Positions 55,250-64,000 of a stretch of DNA of 64,000 nucleotides are shown one piece after another. Both the position numbers and the translations under genes were made by a program. The first letter of the stretch is position 1. Every line of letters starts with the position of its first letter. The DNA is from Candidatus Uhrbacteria bacterium. GTDB taxonomy: Bacteria; Patescibacteriota; Patescibacteriia; JACQRZ01. Below the pieces are notes generated by a model. The model saw only the letters and a list, made by a program, of their open reading frames with translations. It had not been told where the DNA came from and searched no databases. The stretch spans positions 217,910 to 281,909 of the forward strand of contig JACQSC010000004.1 in the NCBI GenBank assembly GCA_016206155.1, given 5' to 3'.

Positions 55250-57039
55250 AGTCAGCAGAAGATAGTATCTGCCAGAACTGTAAACAATCCTTCATTATAG
55301 AACCGGAGGATTTTGCGTTTTATGAAAAGATGAACGTCCCGCCGCCGACGTGGTGCCCCGAGTGCAGGCTCATTCGGCGACTGGCGTTTGATAATCTGCG
55401 AACCATCTATAGCGGCGGGAGGTGCGTAAAATGCGAAAAGGGGATTATTACATCTTTGCCGCCAAACACTGAGCGGACCGTCTATTGCAACACTTGCTGG
55501 TGGGGTGATTCGTGGGATGGTTTTGAGTATGGTCGGGATGTTGATTTTGATAAACCATTTCTCCAGCAAGTGAAAGAGCTCATGGCTGTTGTTCCGCAGA
55601 TGGCGCGCGCAAACGACGAGCCGACACTGGTAAACTCTGACTACACCATGAACGTTGGACATCTCAAAAATTGCTATCTCGTATTTCATGCTGATTTTGA
55701 TGAGGATTGCGCTTATTGCGACACCATAGATGGTGTGAAGGATTCTCTTGATTGCAGCCGATTGAGCGGATGCGAATTATGCTATGAGTGTGTCAATCTG
55801 AAAACCTGCTACAAGGCGGTTACTTGCGTGGATTGTGAGAACTCAAATGACATTATGTTCTGCCGTGATTGCATCGGGTGTACGAATTGCTTTGGTTGTG
55901 TTGGGTTGCGCAATAAAGAGTATTGTTATTTCAATGAACAGCTTACCCGCGAAGAGTACGAGAAGCGGATGGCGGAATTTCGTCACGGATCATATACGGC
56001 AATGGAAGAGATGAGAGGACGAGCCCGGGAATTTTGGGAAACCATGCCGCGCCGGTATATGCACGGGAAAAACAATGAAGACGTTTCTGGCGACTATATT
56101 GATCGCTCAAAAAATACACACCATTCATTTCAAGTTTCGCAATGCGAGGACAGCAAGTTCATTGCCATTGTCGGTATCCAACCGACAAAGGATTCCTATG
56201 ATTACTATTCTTGGGGAAGCGGCGTTTCGCGTATCTATGAATGCGCCGCGGTTGGCGAAAATGCCGACAGGGTGAAATTTACATTTATGTCATGGCCGTC
56301 GTGCAGTGAGGTTGAGTATTCGATGTATGCAGTGAGCTCATCAAACTGTTTTGGGTGTGTTGGGATACGGAACAAGAACTATTGCATTCTCAACAAGCAA
56401 TATACGAAAGAAGAATATGAGATGCTGGTGCAAAAAATAAAACACCACATGAACGATATGCCCTATATTGATGCGGTTGGCCGCGAATATCGGTATGGAG
56501 AATTTTTTCCGACAGAACTGTCGGCATTTGCCTATAACGAGAGCCGGGTACAAGAATATTTTCCGCTCACAAAAGAAGAAGCGCTTGAAAAGGGGTATGC
56601 GTGGCGCGATAGAGTAGGGGGAACTGTTTTACCAACCATTCATTGCACTGGTTTGCCTGATGACATTCACGATGTTCCCGATACGATAACCAAGGAGATC
56701 ATTGAATGTACGCATATCGAGCAGTGCAACCATGAATGCAAGCTGGTATTCAAGGTCATAGCGCAAGAGCTCGCGTTTTACAAAAAAATGAACATCCCTC
56801 TCCCGCGCCTTTGTTTTAATTGCCGCTACGCAGAACGTATCAAGCTTCGCAACCCCATGAAACTCTGGTTGGGCCAGTGCCAATGCGGGGGAGAAAAGTC
56901 GCAGAGCGGTGTCTATAAAAATACTGCACAACACACTCACGGCGCGTCACCATGCGCTGTGACATTTCAGACATCATATGCCCCGGACAGGCCGGACATT
57001 GTCTACTGCGCCGAGTGCTATCAGCAGGAGGTTCTTTGA
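55246..57039 (+). CDS. Cys-rich zinc-ribbon family, full-length member C (597 aa)
   Basis: N-terminus CQNCKQSFIIEPEDFAFYEKMNVPPPTWCPEC. Internal Cys-periodic repeats with two CFGCVGxRNKxYC units. C-terminus ELAFYKKMNIPLPRLCFNC...CAECYQQEVL. Confidence 0.6.
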   Translation: MKSAEDSICQNCKQSFIIEPEDFAFYEKMNVPPPTWCPECRLIRRLAFDNLRTIYSGGRCVKCEKGIITSLPPNTERTVYCNTCWWGDSWDGFEYGRDVDFDKPFLQQVKELMAVVPQMARANDEPTLVNSDYTMNVGHLKNCYLVFHADFDEDCAYCDTIDGVKDSLDCSRLSGCELCYECVNLKTCYKAVTCVDCENSNDIMFCRDCIGCTNCFGCVGLRNKEYCYFNEQLTREEYEKRMAEFRHGSYTAMEEMRGRAREFWETMPRRYMHGKNNEDVSGDYIDRSKNTHHSFQVSQCEDSKFIAIVGIQPTKDSYDYYSWGSGVSRIYECAAVGENADRVKFTFMSWPSCSEVEYSMYAVSSSNCFGCVGIRNKNYCILNKQYTKEEYEMLVQKIKHHMNDMPYIDAVGREYRYGEFFPTELSAFAYNESRVQEYFPLTKEEALEKGYAWRDRVGGTVLPTIHCTGLPDDIHDVPDTITKEIIECTHIEQCNHECKLVFKVIAQELAFYKKMNIPLPRLCFNCRYAERIKLRNPMKLWLGQCQCGGEKSQSGVYKNTAQHTHGASPCAVTFQTSYAPDRPDIVYCAECYQQEVL

Positions 57040-57092
57040 CTCTATTTTGATATTTTGACATGAAGGCTCATTCATGATAGCGTTTAGGTAGT

Positions 57093-57362
57093 ATGAGGCT
57101 ATCAATAAACAAATATATTGTCTCTGATTCCGACATTTGTCATGGAAAACCAACGTTTAAAGGAACGCGGGTTATGGTGTGGCAGATTCTTTCCATGCTC
57201 TCCCACGGCGAATCAACACAGAATATTCTTGAGGAGCATCCATCCTTGACAACACGACATATTCAGGCAGCGCTTGATTATGCTTCATCCCTTACCCAAG
57301 AACATTATGTCATCGTCAACACGCAAGCCCCGGCTTTTGCTGGACGAGAACGTACGGTTTGA
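57093..57362 (+). CDS. DUF433-type small protein (antitoxin-like)
   Basis: Motif GKPTFKGTRVMVWQILSMLSHGESTQNILEEHPSLTTRHIQAALDYA. Confidence 0.55.
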   Translation: MRLSINKYIVSDSDICHGKPTFKGTRVMVWQILSMLSHGESTQNILEEHPSLTTRHIQAALDYASSLTQEHYVIVNTQAPAFAGRERTV

Positions 57363-57660
57363 CCTCTATCGGTATGTGCAGAACGAGGGATATGATGTTG
57401 TCCGGTCCGCAATTTCGACAAGCGATCACCTTCTCGCCAAAAGAACAATAAAGGAGCGCAGAATTCTTGTTACGAACGATCAAGACTTTTTATGGTATCC
57501 GCGCCATACTATTTTTTCTGTTATTATTTTGCGGATACCACAATATGACGGAAGCGCTCTTCTTTCTTCATTCTCGAAACTCATGGCGGAGGAAAAGAAA
57601 TTTCAGGGTTTTGCCTTTATTCTTTATCCCGGTTCGTGGGATAAGGAGAAGTTAGCGTAA
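57307..57660 (+). CDS. DUF5615/Mut7-C-like PIN-related protein (toxin-like partner of DUF433)
   Basis: Motifs LLLDENV and RILVTNDQDF. The start is uncertain and overlaps the upstream gene. Confidence 0.45.
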   Translation: MSSSTRKPRLLLDENVRFDLYRYVQNEGYDVVRSAISTSDHLLAKRTIKERRILVTNDQDFLWYPRHTIFSVIILRIPQYDGSALLSSFSKLMAEEKKFQGFAFILYPGSWDKEKLA

Positions 57661-57678
57661 TACGATTGAGCGTGTTAT

Positions 57679-59475
57679 ATGTCACCAGAGACTCTGACCT
57701 GCCAAAACTGCAAATCCCCCTTCACTATCGAGCCGGAGGACTTTGCATTTTATAAAAAAATAAAAGTCCCAGCCCCGACGTTTTGTCCGGTTTGCCGTCT
57801 GCAGAGGAGGCATACATGGCGCAATATGCGTTCACTCTATCGGCGGCCGTGTGATCTGTGTAAACAAGACAAGATTGGTATGTATGCACCGGACAAGCCG
57901 CACATAGCATTCTGTCCGCGCTGTTGGTGGTCTGATGGATGGGACGGCTTTGACTATGGTTGCGCGTTTGATTTTTCGCGAAGTTTTTTTGTGCAGTTTG
58001 CCGAGCTCTTAAGGCGCGTGCCCCTTATCGCTCGCTCCGTGTATGAAGATACGCTCGTCAACTCGGAGTATACAAACATGGCGCATTCACTGAAGGACTG
58101 CTATCTTGTGTTTTTGAGTGTGACGTGCGAGCGAAGCGCGTATTGCCAATCAATTGATGGCGGGAAGGACTGCCTCGATGTTTCGTGGTCCAACGATGTC
58201 CAGCTTTGCTATGAAGGAATCAATCTCCATAATTGTTATAAGGTGTTTTACTCAAAAGATTGCCTGTCCTGCTCGCATTCCTATTTTCTGAATGATTGCG
58301 TTAACTGCAGCAACTGTTTTGGGTGCGCGGGATTGCGCAACAAACAGTATCATATTTTTAACGAACCGTATTCACCGGAACAGTACGCAGATAAATTAAA
58401 GGAGATTGGGTTTCAATCAGAGAAATACAGTTCGGTTAAAGAATTCAAGCAGAGAGCCAAAGATTTGTGGTCGTGCTATCCGGTAAAGTATGTTCATGGG
58501 TCGAACAATCAAGATGCTTCGGGCGACTACATCTATAACGCAAAAAATACCAAACATTCTTTTTTCGTAAACGCTATCGAGGACTCAAAATTCTGCTCCC
58601 TGTTGATGTTTGGCAAACCGGTACGAGAATCCTACGACTGGACACAGTACGGTGATAATGGAGAACTGATGTACGAGGTGGCGCAGTCCGGCGGCGGAGT
58701 CTACAATAATCATTTTGGCTGGATGATCTTGCGCGGATGCCGCGATGTTGAGTACTGCGCCCTCATGAATAATTGTTCGGATTGTTTTGGATGTGTGGGG
58801 CTGAAGAATAAAAAGTTTTGCATTTTTAACACACAATACACAGAGGATGAGTATCGAATAATGCGCAAACGCATCATTGTGCAGATGGCAGAGATGCCCT
58901 ACATTGATGCGAAGGGGAGGATGTATCGGTATGGTGAATTCTTTCCACCAGAGTTGTCGCCTTTTGCATACAACGAGTCCGCTGCGCAAGAGGAATTTCC
59001 GCTCACTGAAAAAGAAGCAGGAGACCGAGGATTTTTGTGGAGAGACGAGAAACAAGACGTATCATATACGATAACAAAACAGGCGCGTGATCTCCCTGAC
59101 GCGTCGCACGAAAATGGTGATTTTACAAAAGATATTATTGGATGCGAGTCGTGCGGCAAAGGGTACCGCTTTGTAAAGATGGAGCTTGCTTTTTATCGCG
59201 ATCATCACATTCCCTTGCCGCGAACATGTTCGAACTGCCGGTATCAAGAACGATTAGAGTGGCGCGGCCGTACGCTCCTGACAGAGCGCCAGTGCCAGTG
59301 CGGGGGAGCAAAGTCGCAGAACGGCATGTACAAAAATACGGCGCAACATGCACATGGAGGCGCGCCTTGTCCAATGACATTTCAAACTGCATACGCCAAG
59401 CCTGAAGGCAGGGCAAGCACCCTGCGACCCGAGATTGTCTACTGCGCCGAGTGCTATCAGGGTGAGGTCATTTGA
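57679..59475 (+). CDS. Cys-rich zinc-ribbon family, full-length member D (598 aa)
   Basis: Same architecture as C; CFGCAGLRNKQY and CFGCVGLKNKKFC; C-terminus IVYCAECYQGEVI. Confidence 0.6.
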   Translation: MSPETLTCQNCKSPFTIEPEDFAFYKKIKVPAPTFCPVCRLQRRHTWRNMRSLYRRPCDLCKQDKIGMYAPDKPHIAFCPRCWWSDGWDGFDYGCAFDFSRSFFVQFAELLRRVPLIARSVYEDTLVNSEYTNMAHSLKDCYLVFLSVTCERSAYCQSIDGGKDCLDVSWSNDVQLCYEGINLHNCYKVFYSKDCLSCSHSYFLNDCVNCSNCFGCAGLRNKQYHIFNEPYSPEQYADKLKEIGFQSEKYSSVKEFKQRAKDLWSCYPVKYVHGSNNQDASGDYIYNAKNTKHSFFVNAIEDSKFCSLLMFGKPVRESYDWTQYGDNGELMYEVAQSGGGVYNNHFGWMILRGCRDVEYCALMNNCSDCFGCVGLKNKKFCIFNTQYTEDEYRIMRKRIIVQMAEMPYIDAKGRMYRYGEFFPPELSPFAYNESAAQEEFPLTEKEAGDRGFLWRDEKQDVSYTITKQARDLPDASHENGDFTKDIIGCESCGKGYRFVKMELAFYRDHHIPLPRTCSNCRYQERLEWRGRTLLTERQCQCGGAKSQNGMYKNTAQHAHGGAPCPMTFQTAYAKPEGRASTLRPEIVYCAECYQGEVI

Positions 59476-59521
59476 CAAGGGGTATTTGTGTGCTACGGTA
59501 AAAGTATAAAAAAGTATCTCT

Positions 59522-59797
59522 ATGTCAAACGATTTGATAAAAAATGCGGACATTCAGCACATTGCTGATCAGGGAGCGAAAATCTACGGAGGAATTAAAG
59601 ATCAATACGACCCCAAAGAAAGAGGAAAGTTTCTCGCTATTGATATAGAAAGCAGAGACGTGTATCTCGGTGAGACAAGCGCCGAAGCTCTTGAACGGGC
59701 GCTCGAACAGCACCCACACAAGATTTTTTATGTTGTCAAAATCGGGTATGATGTTGCCGAGACAGTTGCGCATTCATTTTCGAAGACACGACAATGA
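59522..59797 (+). CDS. small protein (DUF5678-like), upstream partner of the retropepsin-like gene
   Basis: 91 aa, GAKIYGG...RGKFLAIDIESRDVYLGE, overlaps the next gene by 4 nt. Confidence 0.35.
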   Translation: MSNDLIKNADIQHIADQGAKIYGGIKDQYDPKERGKFLAIDIESRDVYLGETSAEALERALEQHPHKIFYVVKIGYDVAETVAHSFSKTRQ

Positions 59798-60162
59798 TTA
59801 CGGGATCTTTTGTTGACAATACGCCGTTTGTTCGTATTGCGATAGGATGGGGGCGTTCAGTGCAGACGCCCCTTGTTGTTTTAGATACTGGTTTAACTGG
59901 TGACCTTCAGGTTACCCCAAAGATAGCGCGCGAGCTTGACCTTGAGGTTATTGGCGCCACAGAAGCACGGATTGCAAGCGGTGATGTTGTTCGTGTTCCT
60001 GTTGCTATCGCACTTGCCGCCATGGAGGGCATGACGCAAACGATTCAGGTCATCATCTCCGAAAGCATTCCATTGGTTGGGATTGGCTTTCTTTCAAAAT
60101 TTGAATACAAAGCGATTCTTGACTGTAAGGATAAAACAGTTGTTTTGGAACGAAAAAAATAG
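59794..60162 (+). CDS. retropepsin-like (clan AA) aspartic protease
   Basis: Active-site D-T-G within VVLDTGLTGD; 122 aa. Confidence 0.6.
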   Translation: MITGSFVDNTPFVRIAIGWGRSVQTPLVVLDTGLTGDLQVTPKIARELDLEVIGATEARIASGDVVRVPVAIALAAMEGMTQTIQVIISESIPLVGIGFLSKFEYKAILDCKDKTVVLERKK

Positions 60163-60169
60163 TATGCCG

Positions 60170-60523
60170 TCCGAGATTCGCACGTGCCAAAACTGCAAAC
60201 AGTCCTTCGTTGTCTAGCCGGAGGATTTTGCATTTTATGAAAAAATGAACGTTCCTCCGCCGACGTGGTGTTCCGAGTGTCGTCACAAGTCTCGATTTGC
60301 CATGTGCACGCCATACAAGCTTTGGTCTCGGCAGTGCATGTGTGATCGTGCGGAGCACGATCACCGCGCCATAGTCGCGCCAGAGCTTGGGCGGCGGCCG
60401 ACGGAGGCGGGTCAATGTTCCACCACTTTTCAGACCGCATACGCCCCGCCTGAAGGCCGGGCAAGCACCCTCCGACCCGAAATCATTTACTGCGAGGAGT
60501 GCTATCAGAAGGAGATTGTTTAG
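60170..60523 (+). pseudogene. Cys-rich zinc-ribbon family, miniature member E with an in-frame TAG
   Basis: MPSEIRTCQNCKQSFVV(TAG at 60215..60217)PEDFAFYEKMNVPPPTWCSEC...IIYCEECYQKEIV. Confidence 0.5.
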
Positions 60524-60584
60524 CGGCATTGACAGGTGTATTACATAGTACTATAATTGTAATACATACTATTTACTCTCGTGT

Positions 60585-60854
60585 ATGCGTAAAGTTATAG
60601 CAATTTCTCTGCCGGAAGCGACCGCTCGCCAGGTAGACCGTATCGTCGTGAAGGAGGGATATACAAGCACAAGCGAATTATTTCGCGATCTTCTGCGTGG
60701 ACGGGGAGCGTATACGGATACACGGGGACGCGAAAAAATGTGCGTTATGCCATTTCGCGCAGATGCGTTCATTCGAGCAGTGAAGCGACATGCGCAGAAA
60801 GGAGCGCCAAAAACACTTTCTCACAACCACGATCGTTATCTCTATGGAAAATGA
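60585..60854 (+). CDS. ribbon-helix-helix antitoxin
   Basis: N-terminus VIAISLPEATARQVDRIVVKEGYTSTSELFRDLLR. Confidence 0.55.
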   Translation: MRKVIAISLPEATARQVDRIVVKEGYTSTSELFRDLLRGRGAYTDTRGREKMCVMPFRADAFIRAVKRHAQKGAPKTLSHNHDRYLYGK

Positions 60855-61257
60855 ATTCCTTGCCGACGCTGATTTTTTGATTGCATTGTATAGTAAAAAT
60901 GACACGAATCATGCGAAGGCGCTGAAGTTGCTCGAACGCGTTGCTGATTTTTTTCGCCCGCGAATTGTTATATCCATGCTTGTCTACGGCGAGGTTGTGA
61001 CAATTCTTTCACAACGTGTTGCGCAAAAAACCGCGCACCATTTCATGGATGACAGTGAGCAACAGGGAATCACGGTGATGGCTATTACTCAAGAGATATT
61101 TCGCTTTGCGCAGGATATTTTTCGCAGGCAGCGATCAAAAAATGTCAGCTTTGTTGATGCGACGAATATCGCACTCATGCAGAATAAATCCTTCATGGGT
61201 CTCTTGAGCTTTGATCGCGATTATCTTAAAAATGGCATTCGCCTTTTCAATCCTTGA
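60847..61257 (+). CDS. PIN-domain (VapC-like) toxin
   Basis: Motifs FLADADFLIALY and SFVDATNIALMQ. Confidence 0.55.
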   Translation, partial: ENEFLADADFLIALYSKNDTNHAKALKLLERVADFFRPRIVISMLVYGEVVTILSQRVAQKTAHHFMDDSEQQGITVMAITQEIFRFAQDIFRRQRSKNVSFVDATNIALMQNKSFMGLLSFDRDYLKNGIRLFNP

Positions 61258-61296
61258 TTTTTTTCTTTTGTTCGATATACTGCATCCATCATTTAC

Positions 61297-61369
61297 GCGC
61301 CCATAGCTCAGTTGGTAGAGCTGCTCGCTCTTAACGAGAAGGTCGCAGGTTCGAGTCCTGCTGGGCGCA
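61297..61369 (+). tRNA. tRNA-Lys (anticodon CTT)
   Basis: Acceptor gcgccca/tgggcgc, anticodon loop cuCUUaa, close to the canonical tRNA-Lys D- and T-arms. Confidence 0.75.
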
Positions 61370-61385
61370 AAAGTAAACATTCAGC

Positions 61386-61415
61386 AAAAACGGCCTCTTG
61401 CCGTTTTTGTTTTTC
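61386..61415 (+). terminator. intrinsic terminator after tRNA-Lys
   Basis: Hairpin aaaacggc-ctctt-gccgtttt followed by a T-run. Confidence 0.7.
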
Positions 61416-61441
61416 ACTGTGAGTGATACAATGAGAGGACT

Positions 61442-63181
61442 ATGGCTGTCTTGCACAATCAACGAATAGCGCGATTGCTCAACGAAATGTCAGAATATCT
61501 TGAGGTGCAGGATGTGCCGTTCAAGCCCTCTGCCTATGCTCGTGCAGCGGGTATCATTGCGGGAATGACCGACGAGGTGACTGACATCTATGACCAGAAT
61601 GGCAAAAAGGGATTGGATGGTATTCCTGGTGTCGGGAAGGGAATTGCGGAAAAGATCGAGGAATACATCACGACCGGATCGATAAAAGAGCTCGAGCAAA
61701 TGAAGAAAAAGTTTCCGGTCAATGTGAGCGAGCTATCGGCTGTTCAGGGAGTGGGACCGAAGAAAATTGCGGCGCTGTATAAAAAATTGAATATAAAAAA
61801 TTGTGCTGACCTTGAGCGCGCAGTGCGAGCGCACAAGGTTGCTGGGCTTGCACATTTTGGAAAAAAATCAGAGGAGCAAATCCTCAAAGGAATCGAGTTT
61901 TTGAAAAAAGGACGCGGGCGCATGCTCCTCGGGACGGTGGTGCCTCTTGCGCAAGATATTGAAGCGCGGCTGAGAAGTGTTCCGGGTGTTGCGCGCGTGA
62001 CAGTCGCCGGCTCCATCCGCAGGAGACAGGAAACGATTGGGGACATTGATATCGTTGCAACAACCGCACACCCAAAACGCGTCATGGATGCGTTTATTGC
62101 ATTGCCCGAAGTTGAGCATGTGTATAGCAGTGGTCCGACAAAAACAATGGTGCGTTTGTCAATTGGCATTGATGCGGATTTGCGTGTTGTGAAAAAAGAC
62201 TGTTATGGCGCGGCGCTACAATATTTCACCGGCGACAAACAGCATAATATTGAGGTGCGAAAAATCGCGATCAAAAAGGGCTATAAACTTTCAGAATACG
62301 GGTTGTTCAAGGAAAAAAAACTCATAGCCGCGAAAACAGAAGAAGAAATTTATAAAAAACTAGGGTTAGCGTATATACCGCCGGAACTTCGCACCGCGTC
62401 AGGGGAGATCGAGGCTGCCCGCAGAAACGGATTGCCCGATTTGATTCCCTATGGAAGTATTCGCGGCGATCTTCAGGTGCAAACTAACTGGACCGACGGC
62501 AACGCGTCGATTGAAGAAATGGCAAAGGCGGCAATGAACGCTGGGCTTGAGTATATCGCGATCACCGACCACACGCAGTCACTCGCCATGACGGGCGGGC
62601 TCGACGAGAAGAAGCTTGCGCGGCAAGGCAAGGAAATTGATGCACTCAATAAAAAATTCAAACAGAAAAAGTTTCACATTCTCAAAAGCGCCGAGGTGAA
62701 TATCATGAAAGACGGATCTCTTGATATCTTTGACGCGGCTCTCAAAAAACTTGATCTCGTCTGTGTGGCGGTGCACTCGCATTTTGCATTATCAGAAAAA
62801 GAGCAGACCGAGCGCATTATTCGCGCGCTCAAGCACCCCCTCGTGAATATTCTTTTCCATCCCACCGGTCGGCGCATCGGTCGTCGCGAGGCGTATGCGC
62901 TTGACATGGAGAGTACTCTTCGCGCAGCAAAAGAATACGGTGTTGCCATGGAGGCCAATGCCTCTACTGACCGGCTTGATCTGAAGGATGCGCACATTCG
63001 TCGCGCGATTGAATTGGGCGTGAACATTGTTGTCAACTCCGATGCGCACGCGCCAGGACACTTTGCCAACCTCGATCTCGCGATTGCCCAAGTCCGCCGT
63101 GGCTGGGGAAAAAAGAGCGACGTCCTCAACACTCTTTCGGTGGACAAGTGTCTAGCGTTTTTGAAACGGCTCAAGAAGTAA
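61442..63181 (+). CDS. polX: family X DNA polymerase with a C-terminal PHP domain
   Basis: HhH motifs GIPGVGKGIAEKI and VQGVGPKKIAALY, palm aspartates GDIDIV, and a PHP-domain histidine cluster. Confidence 0.85.
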   Translation: MAVLHNQRIARLLNEMSEYLEVQDVPFKPSAYARAAGIIAGMTDEVTDIYDQNGKKGLDGIPGVGKGIAEKIEEYITTGSIKELEQMKKKFPVNVSELSAVQGVGPKKIAALYKKLNIKNCADLERAVRAHKVAGLAHFGKKSEEQILKGIEFLKKGRGRMLLGTVVPLAQDIEARLRSVPGVARVTVAGSIRRRQETIGDIDIVATTAHPKRVMDAFIALPEVEHVYSSGPTKTMVRLSIGIDADLRVVKKDCYGAALQYFTGDKQHNIEVRKIAIKKGYKLSEYGLFKEKKLIAAKTEEEIYKKLGLAYIPPELRTASGEIEAARRNGLPDLIPYGSIRGDLQVQTNWTDGNASIEEMAKAAMNAGLEYIAITDHTQSLAMTGGLDEKKLARQGKEIDALNKKFKQKKFHILKSAEVNIMKDGSLDIFDAALKKLDLVCVAVHSHFALSEKEQTERIIRALKHPLVNILFHPTGRRIGRREAYALDMESTLRAAKEYGVAMEANASTDRLDLKDAHIRRAIELGVNIVVNSDAHAPGHFANLDLAIAQVRRGWGKKSDVLNTLSVDKCLAFLKRLKK

Positions 63182-63236
63182 ATAAAAAAGCGCTATACTG
63201 TATACATACATATTCCTTTGAATTACGATATAAAAT

Positions 63237-63270
63237 AAACCCCCCCTCGATGCTGAGGGGGGTTTACCTT
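63237..63270. terminator. bidirectional intrinsic terminator between polX and hup
   Basis: Hairpin cccccctc-gatgct-gagggggg flanked by aaac and ttta. Confidence 0.7.
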
Positions 63271-63290
63271 TTGAATTCAGGGAGCGTTGC

Positions 63291-63575
63291 TTATTTTACG
63301 GCGTCTTTGAGCCCTTTGCCAACGCGGAAGCGCGCAACAGTGCTTGCCGGAATCTGAACCTTTATCGAAGGATCCTTCGGGTTGATACCCATGCGTCCTT
63401 TTCGCTGCTTGGTCAGGAAGGTGCCAAAGCCGGTAAAGGTAAGCTCATCGCCCCTTTTCAAGAGAGCGGTGATGTACTCAAGCATTGTCTCAACCGCATC
63501 TTCCGCCTGACGCTTTGAGAGCGCGAGCTTCTCCGCCAAGTGTTCGACGAGGTCGCTTTTCTTGTATTTCGCCAT
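63291..63575 (-). CDS. hup: DNA-binding protein HU
   Basis: Motif GFGTF...R.GRNP. Confidence 0.9.
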   Translation of the reverse strand: MAKYKKSDLVEHLAEKLALSKRQAEDAVETMLEYITALLKRGDELTFTGFGTFLTKQRKGRMGINPKDPSIKVQIPASTVARFRVGKGLKDAVK

Positions 63576-63599
63576 ACTTTTGTATTTAAGAATTAATGG

Positions 63600-64000
63600 C
63601 TAAATGATTATCTCTTTTTGAATGCGTGTGATGGATACGGTTTTTCGCGTCTCCGAATCAATCGCAAGCAGGATACTATTAAACACCGTCAAGCCCGACT
63701 CCGCTATCTCAAAGTGGCTGGGCATTCGGGTGAGAAAGCGTTTAATGCCGCTCTCATAGGTAACCCCAATCAATGTGTCGCGCACACCAATCATCCCCGT
63801 GTCGGACTGGAACCCTGTTCCTCCCGGCAAGATCCGCTCATCTGCGGTTGGTACATGGGTGTGGGTCCCTACTACCGCGGACACACGTCCATCGCTATAC
63901 AGGGCTACCGCATGCTTTTCGCTTGTCGTCTCCGCATGGATGTCAACGATAATGCCGGCAAGGGGAGTCGTGCGGTACTTTTCAAGGATGGCGTCAAGTG
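63600..64000 (-). CDS. YmdB-like metallophosphoesterase (2',3'-cNMP phosphodiesterase family), partial
   Basis: C-terminal part with the VVGTHTHVPTADERILPGGT motif. The N-terminus and start codon lie beyond the window end. Confidence 0.5.
   Translation of the reverse strand, partial: LDAILEKYRTTPLAGIIVDIHAETTSEKHAVALYSDGRVSAVVGTHTHVPTADERILPGGTGFQSDTGMIGVRDTLIGVTYESGIKRFLTRMPSHFEIAESGLTVFNSILLAIDSETRKTVSITRIQKEIII

Noticed and set aside
49966-61296. Integrative element defined by att repeats or an integrase
   Set aside because: No integrase/recombinase gene and no obvious tRNA 3'-end direct repeat were found, so this is only a weak hypothesis in the findings.
61135-61380. 81-aa minus-strand ORF
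   Set aside because: Overlaps tRNA-Lys and its terminator on the opposite strand.

Overview
This 64 kb window looks like a small-genome, Patescibacteria/CPR-like bacterium; the taxonomic call is inferred from gene content only. The standard genetic code appears to be in use, and many genes have no obvious Shine-Dalgarno sequence.

Core genes present: an oxidative pentose-phosphate trio (zwf, gnd, tkt); a cell-surface glycosylation cluster (two ArnT/PMT-like GT-C membrane proteins plus two GT2 enzymes); ruvA; rpoB-rpoC; ftsK; recA; efp; rpsF-ssb-rpsR; pilT; polX; hup; and three tRNAs (Arg-CCG, Arg-TCG, Lys-CTT).

Accessory content dominates the rest.
(1) A tandem array of 11 small secreted/membrane genes, about 18.9-26.5 kb. 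All 11 share a conserved two-helix motif, '...YGGFLWMTAGGEEEK...', which looks TrbC/VirB2-pilin-like. Their ectodomains are hypervariable and often Cys-rich. The array is interrupted by a REP-flanked IS200-like tyrosine transposase (RAYT) and by a DinJ-YafQ toxin-antitoxin pair.
(2) An island next to tRNA-Lys, about 53.1-61.3 kb. It holds five members of a Cys-rich, zinc-ribbon-bounded protein family that I do not recognise: two full-length (~598 aa), one truncated, and two miniature/pseudogene copies. Each is packed against a different two-gene toxin-antitoxin-like module (RHH-PIN twice, HicBA, DUF433-DUF5615, and a small protein plus a retropepsin-like protease).
(3) A ~995-aa secreted protein with multiple PA14 domains, a SET-domain protein, a presenilin-like GxGD intramembrane protease, and a fused tandem ATP-grasp ligase that runs off the window start.
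(4) Several structured intergenic repeat families with compensatory stem changes (two copies each of 'type A' and 'type B'), a MITE-like inverted-repeat insertion at the ruvA start codon, a (TAAACCC)5 microsatellite directly upstream of pilT, and a recurring AT-rich motif near several gene starts.

No CRISPR array, rRNA, or integrase/recombinase was seen. All family assignments come from reading motifs by eye in the translations; no database search was possible.
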